Source of the DNA: Candidatus Woesearchaeota archaeon
Lineage (GTDB): Archaea > Nanobdellota > Nanobdellia > Woesearchaeales > GW2011-AR9
Assembly (NCBI GenBank): GCA_023265685.1
Contig: JAHFSP010000001.1
Coordinates: forward strand, 54,975-118,974
Direction of reading: 5' to 3'
Length of the DNA: 64,000 bases
Part shown: positions 36,507 through 46,542 of the stretch, in pieces
How positions within the stretch are numbered: the stretch's first letter is position 1
How the letters are laid out: the number at the start of each line of letters is the position of its first letter
Notes under the pieces: generated by a model
What the model was told of the DNA's origin: nothing
The model's database searches: none
What the model saw: only the letters and a program-made list of their open reading frames with translations
Program-made: the position numbers and the translations under genes

Positions 36507-36842
36507 TTACCGTTTATTTTCAAATGCGCCGGGAAACTTTTTCTTTAGCTCGTCACTGGTCATTCGAGGCGTGTTGGTAACACGTTTGGCCACGTTAGTC
36601 TCTTCTTTACGTAAGCGATCCTGTGTTGTTGGTCGCAGAACAGTAGGGGCATTACGAACACCGGAACGTTTCTCTTCCATAACTGCTTTAGGATGAGGCA
36701 TTACTTTTTGTGTGGTTGGACTGTGTCCCGCTGCTGTTGGGTTAATTTCTACCCATTCTTTGTTTTCGCGTCCTTCGGCTTTGGAGTCGCCTCCTTGTAA
36801 CCAGGCACGGACAGAGCCTAAAAACGATTTTTTTTCACCCAT
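36507..36842 (-). CDS. Hypothetical basic protein
   Basis: 111-aa ORF, no motif recognised. Confidence 0.3.
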   Translation of the reverse strand: MGEKKSFLGSVRAWLQGGDSKAEGRENKEWVEINPTAAGHSPTTQKVMPHPKAVMEEKRSGVRNAPTVLRPTTQDRLRKEETNVAKRVTNTPRMTSDELKKKFPGAFENKR

Positions 36843-36899
36843 TTTAATCTTACCCTCTCTTTTTCTACCCCCCTGCTCTTTTGGAGATAGTTCCTCTTT

Positions 36900-37664
36900 T
36901 TAGACTTTTTGTTTTTCAATACTAGAAGAGGAAAGCACCCCTTGTAGGACCATGGTTTTTTGTTTGTAAACATACTCCATAACTCCTTTGAGATTTTCGA
37001 TGTCTTCAGCATTATACGCAAGTAAGAGGTCAAGATATTCTTTGTCGCCACTGGCATGAAAGGCTTTCCAGAGATCGATGGGATTTCCATAAAGGTGAGG
37101 AGGTCGTTTGAGGTTGAGAATTCGTTCTACTTCTTTGAGACCACCATTAAGATCAAGTTGTGCACATAAAGGTTTGAGGTCAATGTGAGGCATGGCAATT
37201 TGAAGATGATATTCTTTACGCAAAATAGGTAGATCAAATGAAGCTCCGTTAAATGTGACCAGAAGGTTGTATTTGGCAAGTTCTTTTCGAAGCACCTGAC
37301 TAGAGAGATTTATTCCTCGTACGAATTGGTTAGTTTGATAGTAATTAGAAATACCTACTACTGTGACCAAACTTTTCGAATCCGTTTCAATATCAAGAAA
37401 ACAGACTTGATCTCTGAACTCATCATAGAGCCGCCAACTGTGAATGGAAGGGAGTTTGTTATTGAAGTATTCACTGTTGCCTTGCTGGAGAGCTTGATCT
37501 GCTTGCTGGAGTAGTGTGTCATAGAGAATTTTACGAGTAGGGTTGATGCCCTTGATTTTTGTGCTGTGTCGAAATGTTGACCAGTCTTTGATCCCTGCTG
37601 CCCAGAATTTTTGCTCGCGTAATGGTGTGCAACCGGGAAGGAAGATGAAAGATTGGCGGATCAT
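36900..37664 (-). CDS. Predicted 3'-5' exonuclease, RNase H-like/DEDD superfamily (YprB-like)
   Basis: Exo I-like FLDIETD, a central NGASFDLPIL, and a C-terminal YNAEDIENL. Confidence 0.5.
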   Translation of the reverse strand: MIRQSFIFLPGCTPLREQKFWAAGIKDWSTFRHSTKIKGINPTRKILYDTLLQQADQALQQGNSEYFNNKLPSIHSWRLYDEFRDQVCFLDIETDSKSLVTVVGISNYYQTNQFVRGINLSSQVLRKELAKYNLLVTFNGASFDLPILRKEYHLQIAMPHIDLKPLCAQLDLNGGLKEVERILNLKRPPHLYGNPIDLWKAFHASGDKEYLDLLLAYNAEDIENLKGVMEYVYKQKTMVLQGVLSSSSIEKQKV

Positions 37665-37718
37665 GGGGGGGGTTTAGGCAAGACAAGAGTTTTATAATAG
37701 TTCTTATTTGATCTTGTT

Positions 37719-38414
37719 ATGTCAATTCAATCTCTTAAATCAGATTTGCAAGCTCTTGCTAACCCAACAAAAGCTGCGTTTTTTCCTTCATTTTTCAAAA
37801 CCGGCCCAGGACAGTATGGTGAGGGGGATGTATTTATTGGGGTGACGGTTCCAGAGCAGCGAGTGGTGGCAAAGAAGTATGAAAGTCTTTCTCTAGGCGA
37901 TGTTGAAACACTTTTGGAGTCGCCTATACATGAACATCGACTCACGGCATTGTTGATTTTAGTGTTGAAGTATCAGAAAACAAGAGATACTAAGATAGTT
38001 GATTTTTATCTTGCACATACAAAACAGGTTAATAACTGGGATTTGGTGGACAGTTCTGCTGATAAGATCTTGGGACATTCTTTATTAGATGTTAAGCACG
38101 ATATTTTGTATACGTTGGTAAAGTCTTCTGTTTTATGGGAGAGACGCATTGCGATTGTGGCAACGTGGGCATTTATTCGTAAGAATGAGTTTGAAGATAC
38201 GTTTCGACTTAGCGAGATGCTGCTTTCTGACAAACATGATTTGATGCATAAAGCGGTGGGGTGGATGTTACGTGAAGTAGGTAAGAGAGATGAGAAAGCG
38301 TTATGTGATTTTCTGGATATACACTGCACACAGATGCCAAGGACAGCGTTGAGGTATGCGATTGAACGATTTGAAGAGAAAAAAAGAAAAGGGTATCTAA
38401 CGAGAAAATTATAA
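37719..38414 (+). CDS. DNA alkylation repair protein (AlkD/AlkC-like HEAT-repeat glycosylase family)
   Basis: 231 aa. Motifs LANPTKAAFFPSFFKTG..., NNWDLVDSSA, and VGWMLREVGKRD are typical of the family. Confidence 0.6.
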   Translation: MSIQSLKSDLQALANPTKAAFFPSFFKTGPGQYGEGDVFIGVTVPEQRVVAKKYESLSLGDVETLLESPIHEHRLTALLILVLKYQKTRDTKIVDFYLAHTKQVNNWDLVDSSADKILGHSLLDVKHDILYTLVKSSVLWERRIAIVATWAFIRKNEFEDTFRLSEMLLSDKHDLMHKAVGWMLREVGKRDEKALCDFLDIHCTQMPRTALRYAIERFEEKKRKGYLTRKL

Positions 38415-39494
38415 TTCAATCACAATCGTTTTCTTTTTCAAATCAATGCTTTTGATTTTCTTTTCTTTGCGTAGTTCTTTTTCAATGTTAGTCCAGCTTT
38501 GGGTCTTGCGTAACTCTTGAACGATGTCGCGGAGTTTTTGAAGTGAGGCGTAGTGTTGGTATAATACATCCCCTTTAGTGATGTTAAGTTTGATCGCGTC
38601 TTCTTGTTTGTTAATACTTTCTTGTTGATCATAAATCATTTTTTCCAGTGATTTTATTTTTTGTTCATAGGGTGAACTTTTGACAAATGGAGCGAGCTGA
38701 TCAAGCATTTCACTATAAGTGGCAGCTTTTTTGATTATTTCTCGTCCATGTAGTTCAATGGGGGCAATGTCATCAACATACCCAAAACCATGAGGGTGTT
38801 GAAGTTCTTGGAGTAGGAGATCGCGTTGTTCGATTAATGCGCGAATGTCTTTCTCTTGGACCTGTGATGGAAGAGTATCTTTCGCGATGCCTGCACGTTT
38901 ACAGAGCTCTTCTGCGTAGACTCCTCCTAGACCAAGTTCTGTGGCCATGGCGGTTGCGAGATTACGTTTTTCACTTTTTTCGATAAGTGCACTTAATTCT
39001 TTTTGTTTGACGGATTTCCAACTGGTTTGTGAACTTGGGAAGACATATTCTTGTTTTGCTTTGACGGTACGTTCTTTCCAGAGTTGTTGTTCTAGAGTTC
39101 CTAAAATCTGCCATTTATCATCAGTAAGAACGACGTTACCTTTAGAGAATAATTCAACGATAATGAAGAATTTTTCTTTTTTCTCAAATTCGAAGACGAT
39201 GATACGTTCAGCATCTTTTTGAGTTAATCCGATAAGTGTAGCATTATCAATATGTTTTCGTAACTGCATGCAAAAACTAGTAGGGTGGACGGCAGTTTGT
39301 GTTTTGGAGGTGAGGCAGAGATATTTTCCAACGACGATTTTGACATGCTGTTTACCATGAGCCGAACTATGAAATTGAAACAATAATTCTTTTTGTTCTT
39401 GGTGATAGATATGGGATAGCTTACTACGTAGGAGAAATTGGAGTTCTTGGACAATGGCTGCAAAGTCGACTGAGGAGATGGATTTTTTTTGCAT
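38409..39494 (-). CDS. NFACT-family protein (RqcH/NEMF/FbpA-like N-terminal region)
   Basis: NFACT-N-like start plus an HhH motif LATAMATELGLGGVYAEELCKRAGI. Only 361 aa, shorter than full-length homologs. Confidence 0.5.
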   Translation of the reverse strand: MQKKSISSVDFAAIVQELQFLLRSKLSHIYHQEQKELLFQFHSSAHGKQHVKIVVGKYLCLTSKTQTAVHPTSFCMQLRKHIDNATLIGLTQKDAERIIVFEFEKKEKFFIIVELFSKGNVVLTDDKWQILGTLEQQLWKERTVKAKQEYVFPSSQTSWKSVKQKELSALIEKSEKRNLATAMATELGLGGVYAEELCKRAGIAKDTLPSQVQEKDIRALIEQRDLLLQELQHPHGFGYVDDIAPIELHGREIIKKAATYSEMLDQLAPFVKSSPYEQKIKSLEKMIYDQQESINKQEDAIKLNITKGDVLYQHYASLQKLRDIVQELRKTQSWTNIEKELRKEKKIKSIDLKKKTIVIEL

Positions 39495-39515
39495 GGTAGG
39501 GAAAGGTATTTCGTA

Positions 39516-40442
39516 CTATTTATTTCTTTGGAGTATTTTTGGGAGTTGTTTAAACTGATGAATGGCTTCTTCAAGAGCGATTATATGAGCTTGGATGCGT
39601 CTTTCGAGTTCCCAACAGGTTGGTGTTTCAAATGTGAGAGCAACGTCTGCTCCTTGTTGGTAAAAGAAATTTTCAAGAGTTCTTTCGTCTAGATCAGCGC
39701 TAAAGACACAACCGTGTAAGGCAGTTTCACCATAAATACTTGATTGATTGGAAACAGGAAAGGTTTCGCCAACTTTTTTAGTAATATGTGGTCCAAGAAT
39801 TAGTCCGCTCGCAGTTCGTTCATAGAGGTAGAACGCAGTGGGTGGTTTGAACTCTCCATCGTTTTTATGTACAACATCTTCATGAAAGTCGATAGACAAA
39901 CAAGCTCGAATCATTTTTTCTTTGATGTATCCAGTGATAAGTTTTGCCTCTTGTGAATGAGAATCAGAAACAAAATGACGGTTGATATCTATCTCATCAC
40001 CATTTTCCCTCCGAAAAAATGTAGACCCCCATGGGTTGACTCTTGGTATAAGAAGAAATTCATAATCTTGTTGATAGGCACTCATTTTTTGAGCGGTGAA
40101 GAGTTGGAGCGCTTCAACTCCGGCAATTTCATCACCATGAACACCAGCGGTAAGAACAATAACTGGTTTTAGGGGAATACTTTTCCACGTGTAATACGCA
40201 AAAAGGGAGAAGGTTGCAATTTGGGAGGTTTCTTCAGAAGAGGTTCGGGCTTCATATTGAACGTTTCCAATTAGTTCACCGGTAAGAAAATGGAGATCTT
40301 TGAAATGTTCTGGGGGTACAGATTGAGAACGATGAACCATAGTGTTTTTTCCTCTTAGAAAGATTGAAAAGAGAGCACCCGGAGGGACGTTCGTGCGCAG
40401 AGCACATCTCGAACCCTCGAATATTCGCTGTCTTCTTGTCAT
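39516..40442 (-). CDS. Succinylglutamate desuccinylase/aspartoacylase (AstE/AspA) family zinc hydrolase
   Basis: VIVLTAGVHGDEIAG zinc-binding motif. The first ~35 codons of the ORF overlap a GC-rich island and are probably not translated. Likely start is the Met at ~40337. Confidence 0.6.
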   Translation of the reverse strand: MTRRQRIFEGSRCALRTNVPPGALFSIFLRGKNTMVHRSQSVPPEHFKDLHFLTGELIGNVQYEARTSSEETSQIATFSLFAYYTWKSIPLKPVIVLTAGVHGDEIAGVEALQLFTAQKMSAYQQDYEFLLIPRVNPWGSTFFRRENGDEIDINRHFVSDSHSQEAKLITGYIKEKMIRACLSIDFHEDVVHKNDGEFKPPTAFYLYERTASGLILGPHITKKVGETFPVSNQSSIYGETALHGCVFSADLDERTLENFFYQQGADVALTFETPTCWELERRIQAHIIALEEAIHQFKQLPKILQRNK

Positions 40443-40520
40443 CGCTTCGTGAGAAGCTCATCCTAGCGGATCTGCAGGCGAGTGCCTTGGCCGCTTGGCA
40501 ACGGGTGCTTGGTAAGGCTT
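40370..40520 (-). ncRNA. Candidate structured ncRNA (GC-rich island with an upstream TATA-like box on the minus strand)
   Basis: GC-rich segment between the TFS-like and AstE genes. Minus-strand ttatataaa at 40534-40542. Predicted nested helices (gaggguucg...cgaacgucccuc enclosing gugcucugcgcac). A U-run follows the 3' end. Identity not established. Confidence 0.3.
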
Positions 40521-40595
40521 TCTTCGAAGATGCTTTATATAATTTTCGAGGAATTTGAAGCTAGATTTAGAATAATCTTAGGCACTTCTTAGATA

Positions 40596-40919
40596 CTACA
40601 TTACTTTTCCATCGAGTTGTTTCACTTTACCGCAATTGCCGCATTTCATGCGAATGACGTTGTCTTCATCTGAATAGAAAGGCATGATTTCGAGTAATTC
40701 GGCTTTACCATATCCGCATTTTTCGCAGATATGATCGTGGACAGCTAAGAAGTTTTTGGAGTCTCCAACGACGACTTTTTCCATTGGTTGATTAGGAGTT
40801 ATTTGGAGGGTTGCTTTTTGTTGCATTTCAGGTTGGCTGTGGCCGTTTGGGCAGGCCATCCATTTCCCATAGGAGGTTTTTTTGGGAAGAAGTAGGGTGC
40901 CACAGGTTTTACAGAACAT
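40596..40919 (-). CDS. tfs: Transcription factor S / RNA polymerase subunit M-like zinc-ribbon protein
   Basis: N-terminal Cys pair (CKTCG...CPNGH). C-terminal ribbon CEKCG...FYSDEDNVIRMKCGNCG with the acidic SDED loop where SADE is expected. Confidence 0.55.
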   Translation of the reverse strand: MFCKTCGTLLLPKKTSYGKWMACPNGHSQPEMQQKATLQITPNQPMEKVVVGDSKNFLAVHDHICEKCGYGKAELLEIMPFYSDEDNVIRMKCGNCGKVKQLDGKVM

Positions 40920-40991
40920 GAGAGAGTGGTTGCTGGAATGTATTAAAAATTCTACTGTTTGGTATTGAAAACTGTTTAATTATTGAAAAAA

Positions 40992-41103
40992 GCGGATCCG
41001 ATGGGATTTGAACCCACGATCTACAGCTATCGTCGTGAGATGAACTCTACAGCTCTGATCTCAGGTAGAAGGCTGTCGCGCTATCCAGGCTACGCTACGG
41101 ATC
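40992..41103 (-). tRNA. tRNA-Arg (anticodon UCU) with a 37-nt intron at the canonical 37/38 position
   Basis: Hand-folded. Acceptor ggatccg/cggatcc, U8A9, D-arm gcgt-agccuggaua-gcgc, anticodon stem acagc/gctgt, loop cuUCUa, T-arm gtggg-TTCAAAT-cccat. No encoded CCA. T-run follows the 3' end. Confidence 0.8.
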
Positions 41104-41158
41104 CACAAAAGCTTCTTCGTCAGATAACTTTTAAATATTTCGTCTATAAAAATGGTGT

Positions 41159-41791
41159 ATGGATGAACCAATCTTTTTTATGGCGAGAGATTTCAAAGCA
41201 AAAGGCCATGAACGGGGAAGTAAACCGAATACAGAAAAGATCAAATCCATGATGTATGAAGAAGATTATGCAAATTTAGAATCATTCCGCCCTTCTTTTT
41301 CTCTTCCTATTGTTACTAATCCCACTCTCTTTTATCCGGGGAGTGGTTGTGATATTCTTACCCCTTTACTTTATATTGAAAAGCTTTTTGCCACAACCAA
41401 AGAGTCCACATTCGTTTTCATTGATACTGAGCCGTTTCTTGCCCTAATCAAAACAATTTTGGATGATGTGGAGATTCCTTTCACAAATACCAAAGAGGGA
41501 ATTATCTTTTATTGGAAAGATCAAAAAATAACTCTTCACTTTCAAACCAAAGATGTTTTCTCTGCTCTTGCTACGTTGGAGCCATTTGATATTTATTTCG
41601 AAAAAGCTTTTCGGATTATGAAAGAAGAATGCATGAACATTGAAGAATATGAACATATGATCTTTGAGAAACTTAATCATGGAGGAGTTGTGATTAGTGA
41701 TAGTGGGTTTAGGGGATTGGATTTAGAGTATTTTCCGATTTCGCAGGAGTTGAGCAGTTATAATGAGATGGTGTTGGGAAGTAAGAATTGA
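41159..41791 (+). CDS. Hypothetical protein
   Basis: 210-aa ORF. The 5' portion overlaps the tRNA flank, so the true start is probably an internal Met. Weak FYPGSGCD motif. Confidence 0.35.
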   Translation: MDEPIFFMARDFKAKGHERGSKPNTEKIKSMMYEEDYANLESFRPSFSLPIVTNPTLFYPGSGCDILTPLLYIEKLFATTKESTFVFIDTEPFLALIKTILDDVEIPFTNTKEGIIFYWKDQKITLHFQTKDVFSALATLEPFDIYFEKAFRIMKEECMNIEEYEHMIFEKLNHGGVVISDSGFRGLDLEYFPISQELSSYNEMVLGSKN

Positions 41792-41800
41792 CTAGTGTAA

Positions 41801-42196
41801 TTGATTTCACATAAACTTATAAACCTTTTTTGGATATTACTTATTATGAATATTGAATACCGAGAACCGAGAGTTCTTCCTGCTCAAATGGGTTTGGGAT
41901 ACCAACCTACTACCCAATTTCCAGTTTTATATTTAGGGACTAGACCTATTGAAGGAGCATTTGCAAATACAACTGGAGGATTATTTTTATTTCCCAATAT
42001 GGCCAATTATACTCTTATCGATGGCGTTAATCCTGGAAATACAGAGATTGCAGATTTGGTTGGACCTCTTGTTAAAGTATTAAATGGTAATACACGAGTT
42101 ATAAAAGACCGAACCGTTTTTGTTGCAGTTAACCCAGGACAAGAAACACTTTGGGATCCTGTGGTAGAAGCATTGCAACGACATTATCGTAAATAA
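41801..42196 (+). CDS. Hypothetical protein
   Basis: 131-aa ORF, no motif recognised. Confidence 0.3.
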   Translation: MISHKLINLFWILLIMNIEYREPRVLPAQMGLGYQPTTQFPVLYLGTRPIEGAFANTTGGLFLFPNMANYTLIDGVNPGNTEIADLVGPLVKVLNGNTRVIKDRTVFVAVNPGQETLWDPVVEALQRHYRK

Positions 42197-42244
42197 ATCA
42201 AAATATTGTACACAAATGTATTCTAAAAAAAATAGAAGAAACAT

Positions 42245-43489
42245 CTAATCCAAGAATGTCTTATTCTTAATTTTCTCTGGTAAGTATTTCTCGGAGATGA
42301 ACGAAATTCCTTTGGATGAGAGAGCCTGAATTTCTACTTTGTTACCGAATTCTTTCATCATTTTGAACTGACGTTGCCATTCTTTGTTTTTCTCAAACCA
42401 TTCGTAACTTTGCATTTGTTTAAGTCGAGCAATGTCTTGGTCTGTCAATTTAATGAAATGGCGTTTGAGGTCGTACTCAATAACGTCGTCACAGGTGATT
42501 CCAATGAATTTTACGTTAGGAATAGCCATTTCTGCAGCCATGTGAGCAAGACTAATCGAGCCAAATTTGATAACGGAATAAATATACCATCCCCAAGGGT
42601 CGTTGTCTGCAAGGACGTAGATGGGGAGTTTATGTTCAACGCTAAGGCGTTGTAATAAACGCCGAATACCACGAGTGGTTTGACCTTGTGAAGACATGAT
42701 CAAACAGCTTTGTTTTTCCCAGAAGCGGTCTTCGTGGAGACGTTCCCAAACAGCTGCCTTTTCCATATACAAGATATATTTGGCATCGACTTTTTTGAAT
42801 TTGATATTTTCAACGTTACTAGGAATAGACCAACCGCCGGACCCTAATCTTGACCAATCAATGGTATCTCCGGAATCTTCAACGATAACTTTACCGGCAA
42901 CCGAACCCATTTTGTTGGCGTTGACGTGAAGCTGTTCACGTGAAAAACTGGTAATAATTTCGAGATCTTCAATGGACTTGTCCGACTCAGTTTGCTCATC
43001 AACAACGTTGATTTTGGTATTAGGAATAGTACGCTTTGCCATGTAAAAGACGTCCCGTAGACTGGCGTGTTTGCCAACATCGAGCAGATTTTTACAAATT
43101 GAGGCAACTTCAATAGTCTGAAGGAATTTTTTGGTGTGACTTGCATTAAAGAAGAAACGTTGAGCTTTTTTGTCTCCGAGAGTTAACGTTTTGGCGTCCT
43201 TATCATAGACTACGTTAGAAAGACCACGTACAGACATTTCGATTTTAGGATTTTCACCTTTTCGAATGTCAGTAACAATTGCTTTTCCTAGATTAACAAG
43301 TTCTTTACCAGCTTCACTTTTAGGAGCAATGAACGCAGCAGCATGGTGATCATCAGATTGAGCGGAGGCTTTAGCGGAGGTAGTGGAAGCTTTCATGGAG
43401 CTCGTGGTGTTTTGAGAGAGAGTTTTTTGTGTTCCTTCTTTTTTGACTTGGTTCTCTGGAACTTTGGTTGGGTTTTTTGCAGCAGCCAT
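42245..43489 (-). CDS. top6A: DNA topoisomerase VI subunit A (Spo11-like)
   Basis: 414 aa with a winged-helix/5Y-CAP and Toprim architecture. Positioned immediately downstream of top6B as in the usual operon. Confidence 0.8.
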   Translation of the reverse strand: MAAAKNPTKVPENQVKKEGTQKTLSQNTTSSMKASTTSAKASAQSDDHHAAAFIAPKSEAGKELVNLGKAIVTDIRKGENPKIEMSVRGLSNVVYDKDAKTLTLGDKKAQRFFFNASHTKKFLQTIEVASICKNLLDVGKHASLRDVFYMAKRTIPNTKINVVDEQTESDKSIEDLEIITSFSREQLHVNANKMGSVAGKVIVEDSGDTIDWSRLGSGGWSIPSNVENIKFKKVDAKYILYMEKAAVWERLHEDRFWEKQSCLIMSSQGQTTRGIRRLLQRLSVEHKLPIYVLADNDPWGWYIYSVIKFGSISLAHMAAEMAIPNVKFIGITCDDVIEYDLKRHFIKLTDQDIARLKQMQSYEWFEKNKEWQRQFKMMKEFGNKVEIQALSSKGISFISEKYLPEKIKNKTFLD

Positions 43490-45145
43490 CTACATATCCT
43501 CCTCTTCACTTTCATTTCGGCGTCGAGGTAATTCTTCTCCTTCATCAATTTCTCCTTTAAGAGATTCCATTTGTTCCATTTTGGAGGTAAGTGTTTCTTT
43601 TTGTACCATCTCTTCAAGTTGATCTATTAAATCGTTTTTATTAGCACCTGTAAGACGAGAAAGGGCGTCAGCAACTTCAGGAATGAAATTTTCGAACATA
43701 CTGGCTCTCTCGATTTGCCCTTGGATTTTTTGTTTTTTATGGACGTAGGATTGTAATTTTCTTCCAACGTCTTGAAGTGCTAGCTTGATCTCTTTGATAA
43801 TTTCTGGATAATGAGCCAATGCTTCTTTTGATTCTGAGGTAAATGGTACCCACACTGAGGCAATATGAAGAAGAACAGTGAGAGGTCCCGTTGGGAGTGC
43901 TCCTTGACTTTGTAAAAGGCCATAGGGTTTCCAGGCAGTCGTTACGACTGCTTTGGTAAGGGCACAGGCTCCTTGTTGATACAGAAGAGGAACTTTGTTG
44001 GCGTAACGTAGAACCGTCGCGAGCTCATCTTTAGGTTGTGTTCCCCCATATGCAACTCCAATTTCTATCTGAAATGGATTTCCACGGTAGACAAAAATAG
44101 GACGGGTAATAGCACAATAAAATTCGGCATTAATTTCTTTCTTAAGACTTTTTTCAAGTAACTCTTGACCAATAGGACTTAAACAATCGGTGGGTGGGGA
44201 TTGAATTTTTGTATTTTGAATTCCTTTGTACAATGTTTCGGCCATTTCTCGATTGATAATCTCAGGTTTTGTAGAGGGAAGTAACGCACTGTTTTCACAA
44301 ATTTCTTTAGCAGTTTGATCACTTACCTTAGAGAATTCAGTGGTCAAAAACTCTTTGAGAGTTTTAGAATTACTTAGCTCAAGCATTTTAATCAACCGAC
44401 CTAATTCTACTCCATACGGATGAGGTTTGATTTCTTTGGCTTCAGAAGGAAGTTGATCAGTTACACGAGAAAAAATAGTTTGTTGAGCTTCAGGATTAGT
44501 ATAAATGATCGTACAATGAGGATTAACGATTGCGGTTTGTTTGAGATATTCATCAACTGACTGACGGCCTTTCATATAACTAGCATCCATATCCATTTCG
44601 ATTCGAATACCATGTTCTTTTTCAGGCCATTCGAGATCTCCTTCCTCGACGATTTGAGGTTCGTTGGTTTGAGTATCAATTTTTAATTTGACATAAAATG
44701 CTTTTTTGGTTGACGCAATTTTAGATTTAATGGTAGTGGGTTTTCCTGAGGTGAGTTGAGCGTAGAGTACTGCTGCTGAGATACCAATACCTTGTTGTCC
44801 TCTTGTTTGAGAGATTTTATGAAATTTTGAGCCGTAGAGAAGTTTTCCAAAGATACGAGCAAGTTGTTTTTGAATGATACCTGGGCCGTTATCTTCGACG
44901 ATAACTCGAAAGCGAGTTTCTTCGAGTTGAATGAGTTCGACATTAATCTCAGGAAGAATACGTGCTTCTTCACAGGCATCAAGAGCGTTGTCAACAGCTT
45001 CACGAATCGTGGTGAGGAGCGATTTACGAGGGTTATCAAAACCTAGTAAATGACGGTTTTTTTCAAAGAATTCCGCGATGGAAATTTCACGTTGTTTCTT
45101 TGCTAACTCTTCAGCGCTCTTTTGAACCATATTTTCTAAAGCCAA
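43490..45145 (-). CDS. top6B: DNA topoisomerase VI subunit B (GHKL ATPase)
   Basis: Bergerat-fold motifs ([25 protein letters not shown]). 551 aa. Confidence 0.85.
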   Translation of the reverse strand: MALENMVQKSAEELAKKQREISIAEFFEKNRHLLGFDNPRKSLLTTIREAVDNALDACEEARILPEINVELIQLEETRFRVIVEDNGPGIIQKQLARIFGKLLYGSKFHKISQTRGQQGIGISAAVLYAQLTSGKPTTIKSKIASTKKAFYVKLKIDTQTNEPQIVEEGDLEWPEKEHGIRIEMDMDASYMKGRQSVDEYLKQTAIVNPHCTIIYTNPEAQQTIFSRVTDQLPSEAKEIKPHPYGVELGRLIKMLELSNSKTLKEFLTTEFSKVSDQTAKEICENSALLPSTKPEIINREMAETLYKGIQNTKIQSPPTDCLSPIGQELLEKSLKKEINAEFYCAITRPIFVYRGNPFQIEIGVAYGGTQPKDELATVLRYANKVPLLYQQGACALTKAVVTTAWKPYGLLQSQGALPTGPLTVLLHIASVWVPFTSESKEALAHYPEIIKEIKLALQDVGRKLQSYVHKKQKIQGQIERASMFENFIPEVADALSRLTGANKNDLIDQLEEMVQKETLTSKMEQMESLKGEIDEGEELPRRRNESEEEDM

Positions 45146-45252
45146 GCTGGAGGTATATAAAAATTGTGGTTTGGGTGTGTTGGTCTTTTGTCGTCGGGTA
45201 TTTTTTGTTGTTTCGTCTGAAATTGATTTTGTACTAACTACTAAACTAGATT

Positions 45253-45825
45253 CTAATGAAAAGTTTGCTCTGGTTTACTTGTTTTTTCCCGTTCAAGAAG
45301 AGTTAAGATAGCTCCATCTCTGCGTGCAGTTCTATGAGCTTCGTATCCTGCTCCAAAACAAACAGCGCCAATGATCCCAAAGAAAAACATTAAACCATAG
45401 AGGTTTCCTCCATTGCTCCAAGAGTAGGAATCTAGCTCTTGATGGAAATAATTTGCGAGAGATTTTCTCGTGTTGAGATCCTCGGTTCTTAGTTGTGTTC
45501 CGAGGTTAATCTCAAATGGGTTTAAATGATCTCCCGTAGCGTTTTTTGCTGCAATAACACCTTCATAGAGAATTTTTACATCGTCAATTGAGCCACGATT
45601 GTAGCTTATTCGAGAATACGCTTCTTGGGCCGGTTGGATTTGTGTTGGTTGAGGAGGTTTTTGTTTTAATTCATACGCAATATCTCCTGCCATTCCTGCA
45701 AATACAAGTCCGCATACAGGAAATGCCCATCGTACAACCCGAGTCACATCAAATTCTTCTTCTAGTTTCTGGGGAGTTGTTCCTAAAGATTGAATGAGAT
45801 CGGCAATACTTGTTTCTTCTGGCAT
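45253..45825 (-). CDS. Hypothetical membrane protein
   Basis: 190 aa with two TM segments. Confidence 0.4.
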   Translation of the reverse strand: MPEETSIADLIQSLGTTPQKLEEEFDVTRVVRWAFPVCGLVFAGMAGDIAYELKQKPPQPTQIQPAQEAYSRISYNRGSIDDVKILYEGVIAAKNATGDHLNPFEINLGTQLRTEDLNTRKSLANYFHQELDSYSWSNGGNLYGLMFFFGIIGAVCFGAGYEAHRTARRDGAILTLLEREKTSKPEQTFH

Positions 45826-45929
45826 AGAATTTAGAAAGATTATGGGTATAAATAAATATGGTTTTAGAAGAGGGAGTTATAAATTTGTGATATAGGGAGG
45901 ATTGTTGAGGATTTTAATTTTCGAGAAAT

Positions 45930-46466
45930 TTATTGCGTAGAATACAGATCTTTGCGTTTTTTCTCTAAGAAGGAGAAGACGCTTTTGTGCATTGAACCAT
46001 TAAGTAACATAGCAACGGCATCGCGACTAGCCATAACGTTGGCAACCTCACCAATAATACCAATGGTTTTTCCGTAAATAACAATATGGGTATCAGTGAG
46101 GCGTTCGATCTCTTCACGAGATTTGCCTTCTTTACCGATTACACGACCTTTGAGACGTTCCATGGTATTTTTATTTTTACCAGCAACATCTTTCATGTCG
46201 ATGAGTTCGAGAGTGTAATCAGTTTTGAGGAGTTCTAATGCGACTTTGGGATTAAAGCCGCGAGCAATAGCATGAACGATTTCTCTAGTGGTGTAGAGAA
46301 TGAGTCCGTCGTTGCCTTTGATTTCAACGTCGCCTTCTTTAGAGATTTGTAATTCACAGCCGGTTGATTCTTCGATCTCTTTCTTGGTTTTCCCTTCAGT
46401 CCCAATGAGTACGGCAACTCGTTCTTCAGGGATCTTGAGTTCATAAGAAAATTCATCTTCAGCCAT
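45930..46466 (-). CDS. KH-domain RNA-binding protein (archaeal Dim2/Pno1-like)
   Basis: Two KH-like units (VAVLIGTEGKTKKEIEE; VIGKEGKSREEIERLT). Adjacent to the RIO kinase, a common arrangement. Confidence 0.65.
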   Translation of the reverse strand: MAEDEFSYELKIPEERVAVLIGTEGKTKKEIEESTGCELQISKEGDVEIKGNDGLILYTTREIVHAIARGFNPKVALELLKTDYTLELIDMKDVAGKNKNTMERLKGRVIGKEGKSREEIERLTDTHIVIYGKTIGIIGEVANVMASRDAVAMLLNGSMHKSVFSFLEKKRKDLYSTQ

Positions 46467-46542
46467 AGTTCCTACTTGTCAGCAACAACCTTTTAAATGT
46501 TTGCTCTTAAGTTGAAAGAATTGAAGAGGAGTTGTTCATTAG

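Noticed and set aside
40338-40442. N-terminal 35 codons of the AstE-family ORF
   Set aside because: GC-rich, structure-prone and atypical composition. The likely true start is the downstream Met, and the region is better explained as ncRNA or regulatory sequence.
40983-41252. 89-aa ORF overlapping the tRNA-Arg gene
   Set aside because: It overlaps a well-folded tRNA on the opposite strand and has no protein-like features.
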